Notes: a model not told the origin generated them from the sequence alone. A stretch of DNA of 64,000 nucleotides from a bacterium (GCA_021816845.1 JAKAWT010000001.1:408209-472208), one strand, 5' to 3'; shown: positions 14,124-24,094, numbered from the stretch's first letter. Made by a program: numbers and translations.

Positions 14124-15278
14124 ATGAAAAAAAAAGAATCTGTAAAAACAAAATCAAATGTATCTACAAAGGTTGGTAGCTTCAGAGAGCTTTTAGAATC
14201 TAATCCAGTAGTAATAAAACCTCTAAAAAGGGGAGACATTATTGAAGGGTCTATAGTAAAAATAGTTGGAGGTACAGTATTTTTGGATATTAATTATAAA
14301 GCCGAGGGTATTATATCAGGGATAGAACTTAAGTCTCCAGGTTTATCTACAAAAAGTTTGACAGAAGGAGCAGTACTTACAGTGTATGTCCTAAATCCAG
14401 AAAATGAGAATGGACAAGCAGAACTTTCACTAAGGAGAACTGAAGATATTAGAAAATGGAGAAAATTATCTGATGCATGGAAAAACAATGAAGTAATTGA
14501 AGTAAGTGTTGTTGACTATAATTCTGGTGGAGTTCTAGTTGATATTGATGGCTCATTATCAGGATTTGTCCCAATATCTCAATTGGATTTTCTAAGGGTG
14601 TATGATGATTCAGGAACACAAGATGTTTCTACTAAATTAAATTCTTTAATAGGTTCGAAGCTTAATGTTAAAGTCATAGAACTTGATAAAACAAAAGATA
14701 GAATAATATTGTCTGAAAAACTAGTATTATCAAATGAAGATGTAAAATTAAGGAATGAAACAGTTAAAAATGTTAAAGTTAATGATGTTCTTGAAGGTGT
14801 TGTTACTGGGGTTACCCCATATGGATTATTTGTTACAGCGCAAGGACTTGAAGGATTAGTTCATCTTTCTGAAATATCCTGGGATAAAGTATCTGATCCT
14901 AATGATTTTTATAAAGTTGGAGATTTAGTAAAAGTACAAATGATAGGTATGGGGGATGATGGCAAAAGAGTTGCATACTCTATTAAAAGATTACAGAAAG
15001 ATACATGGGATAGTATAATTTCTCAGTATAAAGTAGGTCAGATTGTTAAAGGTACTGTGCAGAAGATAGTTGATTATGGAGTGTTTGTTCGTATAGCAGA
15101 TGGTGTTAATGGACTTATACATATTTCTGAATTATCTGATAATCAAGTATCTAATCCTTCAGAAGTAGTTAAAATTGGTGATAATATTGATCTTAAAGTT
15201 CTTTCAATTTCTCCTGTTGAGCGACATTTAGGACTAAGTCTAAAAAAGGCTAAAGCTAAAACTAAAACAAAAAAATAA
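14124..15278 (+). CDS. rpsA: 30S ribosomal protein S1 (short form, ~4 S1 domains)
   Basis: Repeated S1 domains (GFVPISQL, GLVHLSEISW, GLIHISELS). The real start is ATG 14124; the ORF-track start at 14025 lies inside 5S. Confidence 0.92.
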   Translation: MKKKESVKTKSNVSTKVGSFRELLESNPVVIKPLKRGDIIEGSIVKIVGGTVFLDINYKAEGIISGIELKSPGLSTKSLTEGAVLTVYVLNPENENGQAELSLRRTEDIRKWRKLSDAWKNNEVIEVSVVDYNSGGVLVDIDGSLSGFVPISQLDFLRVYDDSGTQDVSTKLNSLIGSKLNVKVIELDKTKDRIILSEKLVLSNEDVKLRNETVKNVKVNDVLEGVVTGVTPYGLFVTAQGLEGLVHLSEISWDKVSDPNDFYKVGDLVKVQMIGMGDDGKRVAYSIKRLQKDTWDSIISQYKVGQIVKGTVQKIVDYGVFVRIADGVNGLIHISELSDNQVSNPSEVVKIGDNIDLKVLSISPVERHLGLSLKKAKAKTKTKK

Positions 15279-15338
15279 AATTCTTTATATTTAAATCCTT
15301 TTTCTATATAAAATTCCAATATGTTATAATATGCATAT

Positions 15339-17828
15339 ATGAATGATCAAGATAACAGTTTCACAAAATTATCAAATAATGCTGTAAAGGCTATAATGTC
15401 AGCATATGATTATGCATTGAATGTTAATTCCAAAGAATTAGATATAAGGTATTTGTTCCTTGCCATAATAAAGAATAAAGATAATATAGTTTCAAAGGCT
15501 ATGGAAAATATCAATTTTAGTTCTTCTATATCTTTTGAAAATATAGATGACGTTCCTTCTTCAAGCAAAAAGTCAAAAAAAGATAATAATATTGTTTTAT
15601 CAAACGATTTTAAAGAAGTTATCACAGGGGCATACTATCTGGCAAAAAAATTTAATCATGTTTATGTTGGGACAGAGCATCTATTCTTATCCATAATGAG
15701 GCAAGAAGATAATTCTTTTGTTAAAGAATTGAAGAAATATGGGATAGACTATGAATCTGCATATAACATTATCTTTAGTTATGGTAATTACCCACCAGGC
15801 GTCTTTCTTCAGAAGGATAACGAAAATAATTCTTTGATACCTGTAGAGAGTCAAAGGGCTATTATCAATACAATAGCTACAAATTTAAATAAAACTGTTA
15901 AGGAGAAAGGAGGTGTAGAAATAGTAGGGAGAAGTGAAGAGATTGATAGGATAATTCACATTTTGTCAAGGAAGAGTAAGAATAACCCTATTTTGATTGG
16001 TGAGGCGGGAGTAGGTAAAACATTTTTAGTAGAAGCTCTAGCTTCAAGAATTGTTAATAATAAAGTTCCGGAGAATCTTAGGAATTTTGAGATATGGAGC
16101 TTAGATATATCAAAATTAATGATGTCCACAGAGATGAGGGGAGAGTTGGAAGGTAAGATTAACATGGTTATGGAAGAAGTAAAATCAAGAAAAAACATAA
16201 TAATTTTTATTGATGAGATACATATGATCTTTAATTCTAGTGGGAATGCCTCTAATAATGATATAGCTAATATATTAAAACCTCATTTAACAAGTGAATA
16301 TCTAAGATGTATTGGCGCAACAACACTGTATGAATACCAAAGATATTTTGAAGGTGATGCTGCTCTAAACAGAAGATTTCTTCCTGTAAAGGTTAAAGAG
16401 TTATCTATTGATGATTCCGTCAAAGTTCTATCTGGTGTAAAACAAGATATAGAAAGTTTTCACAGTATTAAAATAAATGAAGAAGCTATACCAACATCAG
16501 TATATCTTGCTGATAGATTTATAGTAGATAGATTCTTACCTGATAAGGCTATAGATTTACTTGAAGAGGCTGCTACTGCTAAAAACTTGGAAGATAATAG
16601 ATACTCTAAGAAGATTTCTAATTTAAGGGATAGCATTAAAAATATTCAAGAAAAAAAAGAAAAATATCTAGAAGAACAAAAATATCTTCAATCCATGTAT
16701 TTGAGAGAAAAAGAAAGAGTATTAAATCAGGAGATGATTAATATAAAGAGTAATGATCTTTTTTATGGTAGAGAAGTTATGCCTGAAGATATAGTAAAGG
16801 TTGTTTCTAAATGGACAGATATACCAGTCTATAATATATCAAATAGCAATCTTGCACAAATGAAATCTATTGATAAAGAGATAAGGAAGGAAATTATAGG
16901 ACAAGACAATGCAGTTACTAGGGTAGTAGATATATTGAAAAGTGCTAGAGCAGGGTTTAGAGACGAGAGAAGACCTTTAGGCATATTTCTATTTTTAGGT
17001 CCTACAGGTGTTGGTAAAACAGAATTGGCGAAGCAGGTAGCTAATAAATATATGGGAAGCTCTAAGTCATTAATACAGTTAGATATGTCCGAGTATATGG
17101 AGGCACATAGTGTATCAAAGTTTATTGGTTCTCCTCCTGGATATGTTGGTTATCAAGAAGGGGGAAGACTTACTGAATCTGTGAAAAACAAACCTTATTC
17201 AGTTGTACTTTTTGATGAAATTGAAAAGGCCCATCCAGATGTTTTAAATATATTACTTCAAGTTATGGAAGAAGGTCATTTAACTGACAGTAGAGGTCGT
17301 TTTGTAAATTTTAAAAATACTATTATAATACTGACATCTAATATTGGATCTGATTTGATTGAAAATAGTAATATTCTTGGATTTGATATAGATATAGAGG
17401 ATGAAGAGGAATCAAGTGTTGTTAGTGAATATGAAAAAATGGAATCACAGGCATTAATGAAATTAAAGGAATATTTGTTGCCTGAGTTCCTTAACAGAAT
17501 AGATGATGTGATAATATTTAGATCTTTAAGCAAAAATGATGCCTTAAAGATAGTCAAAAAATTAGCTTATGAATCTAAAAATAAATTATCAAAGCTGAAT
17601 ATTAATATAGAGTACTCGGAGAATTTCTTAAGATATATTACAGACAGAGGCTTTAGTGAAGAATTCGGTGTAAGACAATTGAAAAGGATATTCAATAAGA
17701 ATACAGAAACAACATTGGCTAGCTATTTTATTGATAATCATTTTAATAATGATAGTCAAATCCAAAACAAATCAATCATAATGGATTATGATTTAAATAA
17801 TAAGGTTGTTTTGATAAATAGCAAATAA
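15339..17828 (+). CDS. clpC: ClpC-type ATP-dependent Clp protease ATPase subunit
   Basis: Clp N-domain (HVYVGTEHL), two AAA+ modules ([16 protein letters not shown]), [12 protein letters not shown] ClpP-docking loop. Confidence 0.9.
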   Translation: MNDQDNSFTKLSNNAVKAIMSAYDYALNVNSKELDIRYLFLAIIKNKDNIVSKAMENINFSSSISFENIDDVPSSSKKSKKDNNIVLSNDFKEVITGAYYLAKKFNHVYVGTEHLFLSIMRQEDNSFVKELKKYGIDYESAYNIIFSYGNYPPGVFLQKDNENNSLIPVESQRAIINTIATNLNKTVKEKGGVEIVGRSEEIDRIIHILSRKSKNNPILIGEAGVGKTFLVEALASRIVNNKVPENLRNFEIWSLDISKLMMSTEMRGELEGKINMVMEEVKSRKNIIIFIDEIHMIFNSSGNASNNDIANILKPHLTSEYLRCIGATTLYEYQRYFEGDAALNRRFLPVKVKELSIDDSVKVLSGVKQDIESFHSIKINEEAIPTSVYLADRFIVDRFLPDKAIDLLEEAATAKNLEDNRYSKKISNLRDSIKNIQEKKEKYLEEQKYLQSMYLREKERVLNQEMINIKSNDLFYGREVMPEDIVKVVSKWTDIPVYNISNSNLAQMKSIDKEIRKEIIGQDNAVTRVVDILKSARAGFRDERRPLGIFLFLGPTGVGKTELAKQVANKYMGSSKSLIQLDMSEYMEAHSVSKFIGSPPGYVGYQEGGRLTESVKNKPYSVVLFDEIEKAHPDVLNILLQVMEEGHLTDSRGRFVNFKNTIIILTSNIGSDLIENSNILGFDIDIEDEEESSVVSEYEKMESQALMKLKEYLLPEFLNRIDDVIIFRSLSKNDALKIVKKLAYESKNKLSKLNINIEYSENFLRYITDRGFSEEFGVRQLKRIFNKNTETTLASYFIDNHFNNDSQIQNKSIIMDYDLNNKVVLINSK

Positions 17829-17833
17829 ACAAC

Positions 17834-17871
17834 TTATCCACATAAAATTTTACCCAAATAACTTATCCACA
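17834..17871 (+). promoter_or_regulatory. Two perfect DnaA boxes in direct orientation
   Basis: TTATCCACA at 17834-17842 and 17863-17871, both in the context AACTTATCCACAT. Confidence 0.7.
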
Positions 17872-17936
17872 TTTTTAAAAAAACATTGTTTCTATGATAT
17901 ATTTATTTACTGAATCTCCATTTTTAAATTATAGGC

Positions 17937-17965
17937 TTGACAAAAAAAAGATTATGGGATACAAT
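17937..17965 (+). promoter_or_regulatory. Near-consensus sigma70 promoter
   Basis: TTGACA-17 nt-TACAAT. Confidence 0.75.
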
Positions 17966-17970
17966 AATGT

Positions 17971-18099
17971 TGTCCTTTAAAATTAGTTTTAATAATAAAT
18001 GTACTTCCCTGGGTCTGGTTAGTAAAAGAAGCTTTGCTGGTCCCATGGAAGTACATTTATTATTGGGATCGGTGGGGGGCAGTACCGATCCCTTTTTTT
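17971..18099 (+). ncRNA. Candidate orphan structured small RNA
   Basis: Bounded by a promoter and an intrinsic terminator. Perfect 18-bp stem 17991-18008/18047-18064. No credible ORF. Confidence 0.55.
18065..18099 (+). terminator. Intrinsic terminator
   Basis: GGGATCGGT/ACCGATCCC stem followed by T7. Confidence 0.85.
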
Positions 18100-18113
18100 A
18101 TTTAATCTTCAAT

Positions 18114-18142
18114 TTGACTTACAACAATAATTACTTTATAAT
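18114..18142 (+). promoter_or_regulatory. Sigma70 promoter of rplJ-rplL
   Basis: TTGACT-17 nt-TATAAT. Confidence 0.8.
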
Positions 18143-18157
18143 CTTAGATACTCAAAA

Positions 18158-18268
18158 GAGGTCAAAGACAATAGGATTTAGTCTGATATTTTGATTAAAT
18201 TAAAAATCTCCTATTTAGACTTTTGCAAGGTTTATTTGTCTTATTGGCTTCCTTTTGGAAGCTTTTTT
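18158..18268 (+). promoter_or_regulatory. L10 leader (rplJ autoregulatory RNA) with terminator-like hairpin
   Basis: GTC-AAAGAC-AATAGG...TAA...CCTATT-TAGAC matches the L10(L12)4-binding pattern, followed by GCTTCC-TTTT-GGAAGC-T6. Confidence 0.75.
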
Positions 18269-18288
18269 AATATTGATAATTTTTTAAT

Positions 18289-18819
18289 ATGGCAATAAGA
18301 AAAGATAAGAAGAAGCTAATAATAGAGAAATATATTAACTATATAGATTCTAGTGAGTCATTGTTTTTTATAGATACTCAAGGTTTAGACATAAAAACAA
18401 TTAATATTTTAAAAGAAGAATTAATTCCAAATAGTGCAAAGTATATCCTTATAAAAAATACATTGTTTAGAAAAGCTTTGAAAGGCTCTTCTGGATATGT
18501 AGAAAATATTGATAAAGGATTATTTGGATATAATGCTCTGGTATTTTCAGAATCTGACTCAAATATCATTGCAAAAAAAATATTAGATTTTGGTTCTAAA
18601 AATGATGTTGAAATTAAGTTTGGAAGTCTTTATGGATCTTTTCTCTCTAAAGAGGACATTATTGGATTAAGTAAGGTGCCTTCAAAAGAACAAAGTATTG
18701 TTAACATAATATATATTATTAACGGGGGGCTTCAAAGATTACATTTTGTTTTAAATTATAACATTCAGATGCTTATAAATACTATTAATATTATAAAAGA
18801 ATCAAAGGAGGTGAAATAA
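18289..18819 (+). CDS. rplJ: 50S ribosomal protein L10
   Basis: KNTLFRKAL motif, position before rplL, L10 leader upstream. Confidence 0.9.
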   Translation: MAIRKDKKKLIIEKYINYIDSSESLFFIDTQGLDIKTINILKEELIPNSAKYILIKNTLFRKALKGSSGYVENIDKGLFGYNALVFSESDSNIIAKKILDFGSKNDVEIKFGSLYGSFLSKEDIIGLSKVPSKEQSIVNIIYIINGGLQRLHFVLNYNIQMLINTINIIKESKEVK

Positions 18820-18823
18820 TAAT

Positions 18824-19225
18824 ATGGATGAGAAAAAAATGAATTCTATTGTAGAAAGTATAGAGAAAATGAATGTATTGGAAGTTTCTCAGTTAGTAAA
18901 AATTTTAGAGGAGAAATTTGGAGTACAAGCATCAGGGGTTATGCCTATGGGCAACTCGATGCCAGTTGGCCAGGCTACAGAATCTAATGTTGGAGATGAA
19001 AAAGAAGAAAAAACCTCTTTTGATGTTATATTAAAGTCAACTGGAGATAAGAAGATTGAAGTTATTAAAGCATTAAGAGTTATTAGTCCTGAACTTGGTT
19101 TAACAGAAGCAAAAGCTATTGCTGAGTCAGCTCCTAAAACAATTAAAGAATCTGTATCCAAAGAGGATGCTGATGAGATGAAAAAATCTCTTGAAGCTGC
19201 TGGAGCAACAGTTGAACTTAAATAA
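18824..19225 (+). CDS. rplL: 50S ribosomal protein L7/L12
   Basis: EEKFGV, KIEVIKALR, LGLTEAK, LEAAGATVELK, strong SD. Confidence 0.97.
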   Translation: MDEKKMNSIVESIEKMNVLEVSQLVKILEEKFGVQASGVMPMGNSMPVGQATESNVGDEKEEKTSFDVILKSTGDKKIEVIKALRVISPELGLTEAKAIAESAPKTIKESVSKEDADEMKKSLEAAGATVELK

Positions 19226-19258
19226 AATATTATATTTTAATTTAAACTAAACAATACT

Positions 19259-19283
19259 AAGAGAGAGGTTGTCCTCTCTCTTT
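19259..19283. terminator. Probable bidirectional terminator between rplL and the convergent gene
   Basis: AAGAGAGAGG-TTGT-CCTCTCTCTT. Confidence 0.8.
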
Positions 19284-20634
19284 AGTTGTTATGTAGTATT
19301 GATTTTTTTGTAGCTTTTTCCAGTATTGCTAAAAATGTACCCATGATTATCCAATTGAAAAATAGGTCAAAATAAGAATGGAATAAATTTGCTATAAGTA
19401 GAGCTAATAAACCAGACATAAATGCACTGATTATAATAAAATCAATACTTTTTCTATTCTTAGTTATTATTTCTAATTTCTTCCAGAAAATACTAAAATA
19501 AGTTATAAGGAAAAACATATAACTTAAAAATCCCACTATACCTATCTCTGAAAGCCATAATGTAAATAATGGTGGTGTATCAATATTGTTGTAATAAAAT
19601 GGTATAAAAGGCTTTATGTATAATCCAAAATAATATGTAAAAGTTCCTAATCCTGTTCCAAATATTGGGAATTTCTTAAAGATATTAATGCTTGATTGCA
19701 AAAGTAATATATGTGTATCAAAAGAATATTTTTGTAAAGAGTATATATATGGAAATATTATTACACTTGATATCACAGCTATGATAAAATATGCCTCCAG
19801 GATATATAAAAGGTGCTTATTTTTATAAGTTTTATAATAGTATAACAATAAAAGAAAAAATGCTATGGTTATACCAATTAATGAACTTTTAGAAAAAGTT
19901 ATTATGAAAAAGAAAAATACTATTATAGATAGTAAGTTTAATACTAATAATAGTTTTTTGGTTTTTGAGGTTAGATTTTTACGATTTATAAAATATAGTA
20001 TTAACAATATAGGTATAAATATTGCAATGAATCCCGCAGTAGTATTTACATCATTAAATGTGGAATCTGGTCTTAGTATACTGAAGTGACCTATATGCAG
20101 TATAAATGTACTTGGGTTTATAGTTGTTGAGTGCAATATATTATGAAGGTCTAATGTATCAAATTTATAAAATAAATATCCGAAAAACTGTAATATTCCA
20201 TAGAAAGAAACCAGTAATATAGTTATAAAAAATGTTACTAATATAGTCATTGTATTTTTATAATAAAGTGTATATATGTAACATATTAAGAACAGTAATA
20301 TTGATAAAACAATATAAATTGTTGATTTGAAAGATAAAAATTTATCTATAGAAAAGAAATCACTTATCAATATAGTTACAGGTATAGCAATTAGGCTTAT
20401 TTTCAAATATTTATTCATTGTTTTAGCATATTCAATTATACTATGATAATTAATCCATATTGACATTATAATAACTGGGAAAAACATTGCTATTGGATCT
20501 AATGTGAATCCTATGTAAGAATTAAATCTTTCAAGTGGCATAAGGAGTATTAATATAGGGACTAGAAGCTTGGGATAATTCAATGCTATGAATCCAAGTA
20601 TTAGATATATAATTATTATAGCTATGATGATCAT
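19282..20634 (-). CDS. O-antigen ligase (Wzy_C) family membrane protein
   Basis: About 12 TM helices, RPDSTFNDVN, TFSKSS, PIFGTGLGTF, LSEIGIVG. Confidence 0.75.
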   Translation of the reverse strand: MIIIAIIIIYLILGFIALNYPKLLVPILILLMPLERFNSYIGFTLDPIAMFFPVIIMSIWINYHSIIEYAKTMNKYLKISLIAIPVTILISDFFSIDKFLSFKSTIYIVLSILLFLICYIYTLYYKNTMTILVTFFITILLVSFYGILQFFGYLFYKFDTLDLHNILHSTTINPSTFILHIGHFSILRPDSTFNDVNTTAGFIAIFIPILLILYFINRKNLTSKTKKLLLVLNLLSIIVFFFFIITFSKSSLIGITIAFFLLLLYYYKTYKNKHLLYILEAYFIIAVISSVIIFPYIYSLQKYSFDTHILLLQSSINIFKKFPIFGTGLGTFTYYFGLYIKPFIPFYYNNIDTPPLFTLWLSEIGIVGFLSYMFFLITYFSIFWKKLEIITKNRKSIDFIIISAFMSGLLALLIANLFHSYFDLFFNWIIMGTFLAILEKATKKSILHNN

Positions 20635-20635
20635 A

Positions 20636-21646
20636 TTAGTTCGGATTCTTTATATTTTTTGATAATATATCTATATATTTGATTGATTCTGCAGCCCCTT
20701 TTGCGGCAGTAAGCATTGGTTCGTCTGATATATATGTCGGTATGCCTATTGCCCTAGTTAAAAGTGTATCAATATTCCTTAATAAAGCTGTTCCTCCACT
20801 TAGCAATATTCCTCTATCAATTATATCTGAGGATAACTCTGGAGGAGTTTTTTCTAAAACATATCTTGTTGATTGAATTATTAGATTGAGAGGATTCTTT
20901 ATAGCTTCAACAATCCTGTTAGTATCTATATTTATAGATCTTGGCATTCCAGTGATTGCATCTCTACCTTTTACTTCTGTTTCTAAAGGAGCCTTAAGTG
21001 GTAGGGCAGAACCTATATCTATTTTTATTTTTTCTGCCATTTGATCACCTATAACTAGACCTTCGTGTCTTTTTAGATGATTGATAATAGCATCGTTAAT
21101 TGAATCACCACCGACTCTTATAGAATCAGAAATAACAATACCATTCAAGGAAATTACTGCTAGTTCAGCAGTACCACCTCCTATATTGATAACCATATTT
21201 CCAGAAGATGTTCCTATTGGTAAATTTGCTCCTATTGCAGTTAATAATGCTTCTGGTACCAAATAAACTTTTTTTATTCCAGAATTTATTATTGCTTCAT
21301 AAATAGCTCTTTTTTCTACTGATGTTAATCCAGAGGATATATTTGCGACTACTTGTGATCCAAAAAAAATATTTGATTTTCCAACTTTAGAAAAGAAATA
21401 TTTTATCATAGATTCAGATATTTTATAATTTGCTATAGCCCCGGAACGTATAGGTTTTTTGGAAATGATTCCTTCGGGTGTTTTTCCTAGCATTTCTTTT
21501 GCCTCTACACCTACGGATAATATTGATTTATCATCTACTGATATTGCTACTACTGAAGGTTCATTAAGTAGGACGCCCTTATTGATAGATGATATTAAAG
21601 AGTTTGAAGTACCGAAATCTAATCCAAATTTATTATTACTAAACAT
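20636..21646 (-). CDS. MreB/Mbl family actin-like protein (second paralog)
   Basis: DFGTSN, NEPSVVA, NIGGGT, TPPELSSDI, LSGGTALL. ATG 21646 is preferred as the start. Confidence 0.9.
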   Translation of the reverse strand: MFSNNKFGLDFGTSNSLISSINKGVLLNEPSVVAISVDDKSILSVGVEAKEMLGKTPEGIISKKPIRSGAIANYKISESMIKYFFSKVGKSNIFFGSQVVANISSGLTSVEKRAIYEAIINSGIKKVYLVPEALLTAIGANLPIGTSSGNMVINIGGGTAELAVISLNGIVISDSIRVGGDSINDAIINHLKRHEGLVIGDQMAEKIKIDIGSALPLKAPLETEVKGRDAITGMPRSINIDTNRIVEAIKNPLNLIIQSTRYVLEKTPPELSSDIIDRGILLSGGTALLRNIDTLLTRAIGIPTYISDEPMLTAAKGAAESIKYIDILSKNIKNPN

Positions 21647-21741
21647 AATTTTGCATGAATAAATAAAAAAATGTATCAATTGTGTTATAATTCTAACATA
21701 CTTGCTATGTTATTTAAATATAATAATATTCACTATTAGTA

Positions 21742-23223
21742 ATGAAAAAAAGAATTATATTATTATTATCTAAAATTTGGGGATTTATTGGTATATTGTT
21801 GGTAGTAATTATTGCTACTTTGATTATATTTTGGGCTAGAGGATATGAAATTAATTTTACTACTGGTAATGTTGTCGATACAGGTATTTTGAGAATTAAT
21901 AGTACTCCTACAAATGCTAAAATTTATTTAAATAATACATATGAAGGACTTTCGCCATTAATAATCAATTCTTTAATTCCAGGTACCTATAATGTCAAGG
22001 TTCAGACACCTAATTATTCTGTATGGAATGGATTAGTTTCTATTCAACCTCAACAAATTACTAATCTCAACTCATTCTTGTTACCCACAAATATAAAGCA
22101 AAGTATCGTTAATATTCCTGGTACTATATATTATTCTACTTTTAGTAAGGATAGTAATATGTTATTTATAGTTTCTAAGAGAAAAAATGGTAATTATGAT
22201 TTATATTATATGAATCTAAACAATAATACACTTAATTACCCACTAAATCCAACTTTTATAACTGATTTATCAAACTATACAAATACTGCTATATCATCAA
22301 TAAAAGTAACTTCTAACAGCGATTTTAGTTATTTAACAATATATATGAATGGGACATACTATTTGTATTCTGTATCTAATTCCACAATGACTCCTATGAG
22401 TACACTTTTGAGTTCTTTAACGATACAGAATATGAAATGGGCAAATAGTAACACTTTAATATTAGAAAATAATAGTTTATTGGCTACTTTAAATATAAAT
22501 ACTGGACAAATTATTGTCATTGCAATAAATTCTGGTAAAAATATTATCCCATATGCTTTATATAATGGAGGTATAGTTTATGCTATTACCCAAACTATTA
22601 CCAAAACATTAGACTCATCTCTTATTTATACTTCTAATTTGGATGGTACAAATAAGATCCTTTTAACCAATCTTACTGGAGATGCTAAAGCTCTTATAGT
22701 AGATAATAATAATAAATTTTTAGGGATTACAACTTCTTTAGGAAATTATATATTGAATATAAAATCAAATAAGCTTTATCAGATAAATAATAATGTTAAA
22801 ATAATAAAATTCTCTCCCAATAGTAATTATTTACTATTAGATTCTGGAAACACTCTACAAGAATATTATTTAGCAAATAAACATTATATTATCCTTAATA
22901 ATAATTTGAAATATTTATATAATATAATGTGGTATCCGATAGGTGGATATATATTCTATGAAGAGGAAAATAAAAATATTAATCAATCTCATAGTGTTTC
23001 TCACGAATCAACTTTGTTAAATAATTTAAACAGCTATTCTCTCTTCTTTGAAACTGAAAGTTCTACTGTTACTGATACTATTGTTAATAATATTAATGGA
23101 ACATATTATATATCTACCAACGGTAATTATTTAGTAGTTGAAACTCAATCTACTAGCAAACATAATTTAATATATATTATAGATCTAATACAGAATAATT
23201 CTATATTGCCGTTTTCATTATAA
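21742..23223 (+). CDS. PEGA-domain surface protein with probable beta-propeller region
   Basis: N-terminal TM, ARGY, TGILRINSTPTNAKIYLN...PGTYNVKV (PEGA), N/S/T-rich repeats. Confidence 0.8.
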   Translation: MKKRIILLLSKIWGFIGILLVVIIATLIIFWARGYEINFTTGNVVDTGILRINSTPTNAKIYLNNTYEGLSPLIINSLIPGTYNVKVQTPNYSVWNGLVSIQPQQITNLNSFLLPTNIKQSIVNIPGTIYYSTFSKDSNMLFIVSKRKNGNYDLYYMNLNNNTLNYPLNPTFITDLSNYTNTAISSIKVTSNSDFSYLTIYMNGTYYLYSVSNSTMTPMSTLLSSLTIQNMKWANSNTLILENNSLLATLNINTGQIIVIAINSGKNIIPYALYNGGIVYAITQTITKTLDSSLIYTSNLDGTNKILLTNLTGDAKALIVDNNNKFLGITTSLGNYILNIKSNKLYQINNNVKIIKFSPNSNYLLLDSGNTLQEYYLANKHYIILNNNLKYLYNIMWYPIGGYIFYEEENKNINQSHSVSHESTLLNNLNSYSLFFETESSTVTDTIVNNINGTYYISTNGNYLVVETQSTSKHNLIYIIDLIQNNSILPFSL

Positions 23224-23228
23224 AAACA

Positions 23229-23302
23229 CATCCCTGATAGGATTCGAACCTACGACCTTCTCGTTAGGACCGAGACACTCTATCCAGCTGAGCTACAGGG
23301 AT
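23229..23302 (-). tRNA. tRNA-Arg (CCT)
   Basis: Reverse-complement cloverleaf with anticodon loop GT-CCT-AA. Confidence 0.92.
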
Positions 23303-23414
23303 ATAATTTAGCTATATTATACATAAAAATTACTTATTTTTAAAATGTTTTATTGATAATCAAATTATATTTTGATAAAATTAGCCTGTTATTTTATTTA
23401 CAATTATCTATATT

Positions 23415-24020
23415 ATGATTAAATACGAACAAACATTAGTTTTAATAAAGCACGATGGAGTAGCTAGGGGATTAATTGGAGAAATAATAAGTAGATTTGA
23501 GAGAGTAGGTTTGAAAGTTGTTGGTATGAAATTTATTATTCCTTCTATAGATGTTGCGACAAAACATTATCCATCTAGTGAAGAATGGCTACTAAATGTT
23601 GGAAATAGGGTTATAAAAGAGTATACAGATAATGGTATTGATATTAAACAAGTTTTCAATACATTAGATCCTCAAAAAATAGGTGAAGTAATTAAATCTT
23701 GGAATGTTGAATACCTTACATTCGGTCCAGTTCTAGCTATTGTATTGGAAGGTCCTGGATCAGTTAAATTAGTTAGAAAAATGGTTGGTGCTACAAATCC
23801 ATCAGAATCAGCTCCCGGAACAATCAGGGGTGATTATACTTGGGATAGTGGAGAAGTCTCCAATAAACATAATCGTCCATTCTATAATTTGATTCATGCA
23901 TCAAGTTCAGTAGATGATGCAAGGACAGAGATAAAATTATGGTTCAGTAAATCAGAAATTGTAGAATATGAGTTAAGTAACCACAACTCAATGGGTTGGC
24001 ATGGCAAGTTAAAGAAATAA
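23415..24020 (+). CDS. ndk: Nucleoside diphosphate kinase
   Basis: TLVLIKHDG, GATNP, APGTIRGD, NLIHASS. Confidence 0.95.
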   Translation: MIKYEQTLVLIKHDGVARGLIGEIISRFERVGLKVVGMKFIIPSIDVATKHYPSSEEWLLNVGNRVIKEYTDNGIDIKQVFNTLDPQKIGEVIKSWNVEYLTFGPVLAIVLEGPGSVKLVRKMVGATNPSESAPGTIRGDYTWDSGEVSNKHNRPFYNLIHASSSVDDARTEIKLWFSKSEIVEYELSNHNSMGWHGKLKK

Positions 24021-24022
24021 TT

Positions 24023-24094
24023 TTATCAGATATGTAATATGTATTGATAACTAATGATATGGATTATTATCAGTCTATGTTAGTATATTGATAA
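24023..24094. repeat. Two tandem 28-bp imperfect palindromes TTATCAG-N14-TTGATAA
   Basis: At 24023-24050 and 24067-24094, between the convergent ndk and rho genes. Confidence 0.6.

Noticed and set aside
17834..17935. oriC at the DnaA-box pair
   Set aside because: There are only two boxes, no dnaA/dnaN nearby, and the plus strand looks leading on both sides. Kept as a regulatory site instead.
17937..18194. 85-aa ORF
   Set aside because: It starts at the TTG of a -35 box and crosses a terminator and the rplJ promoter, with no protein features.
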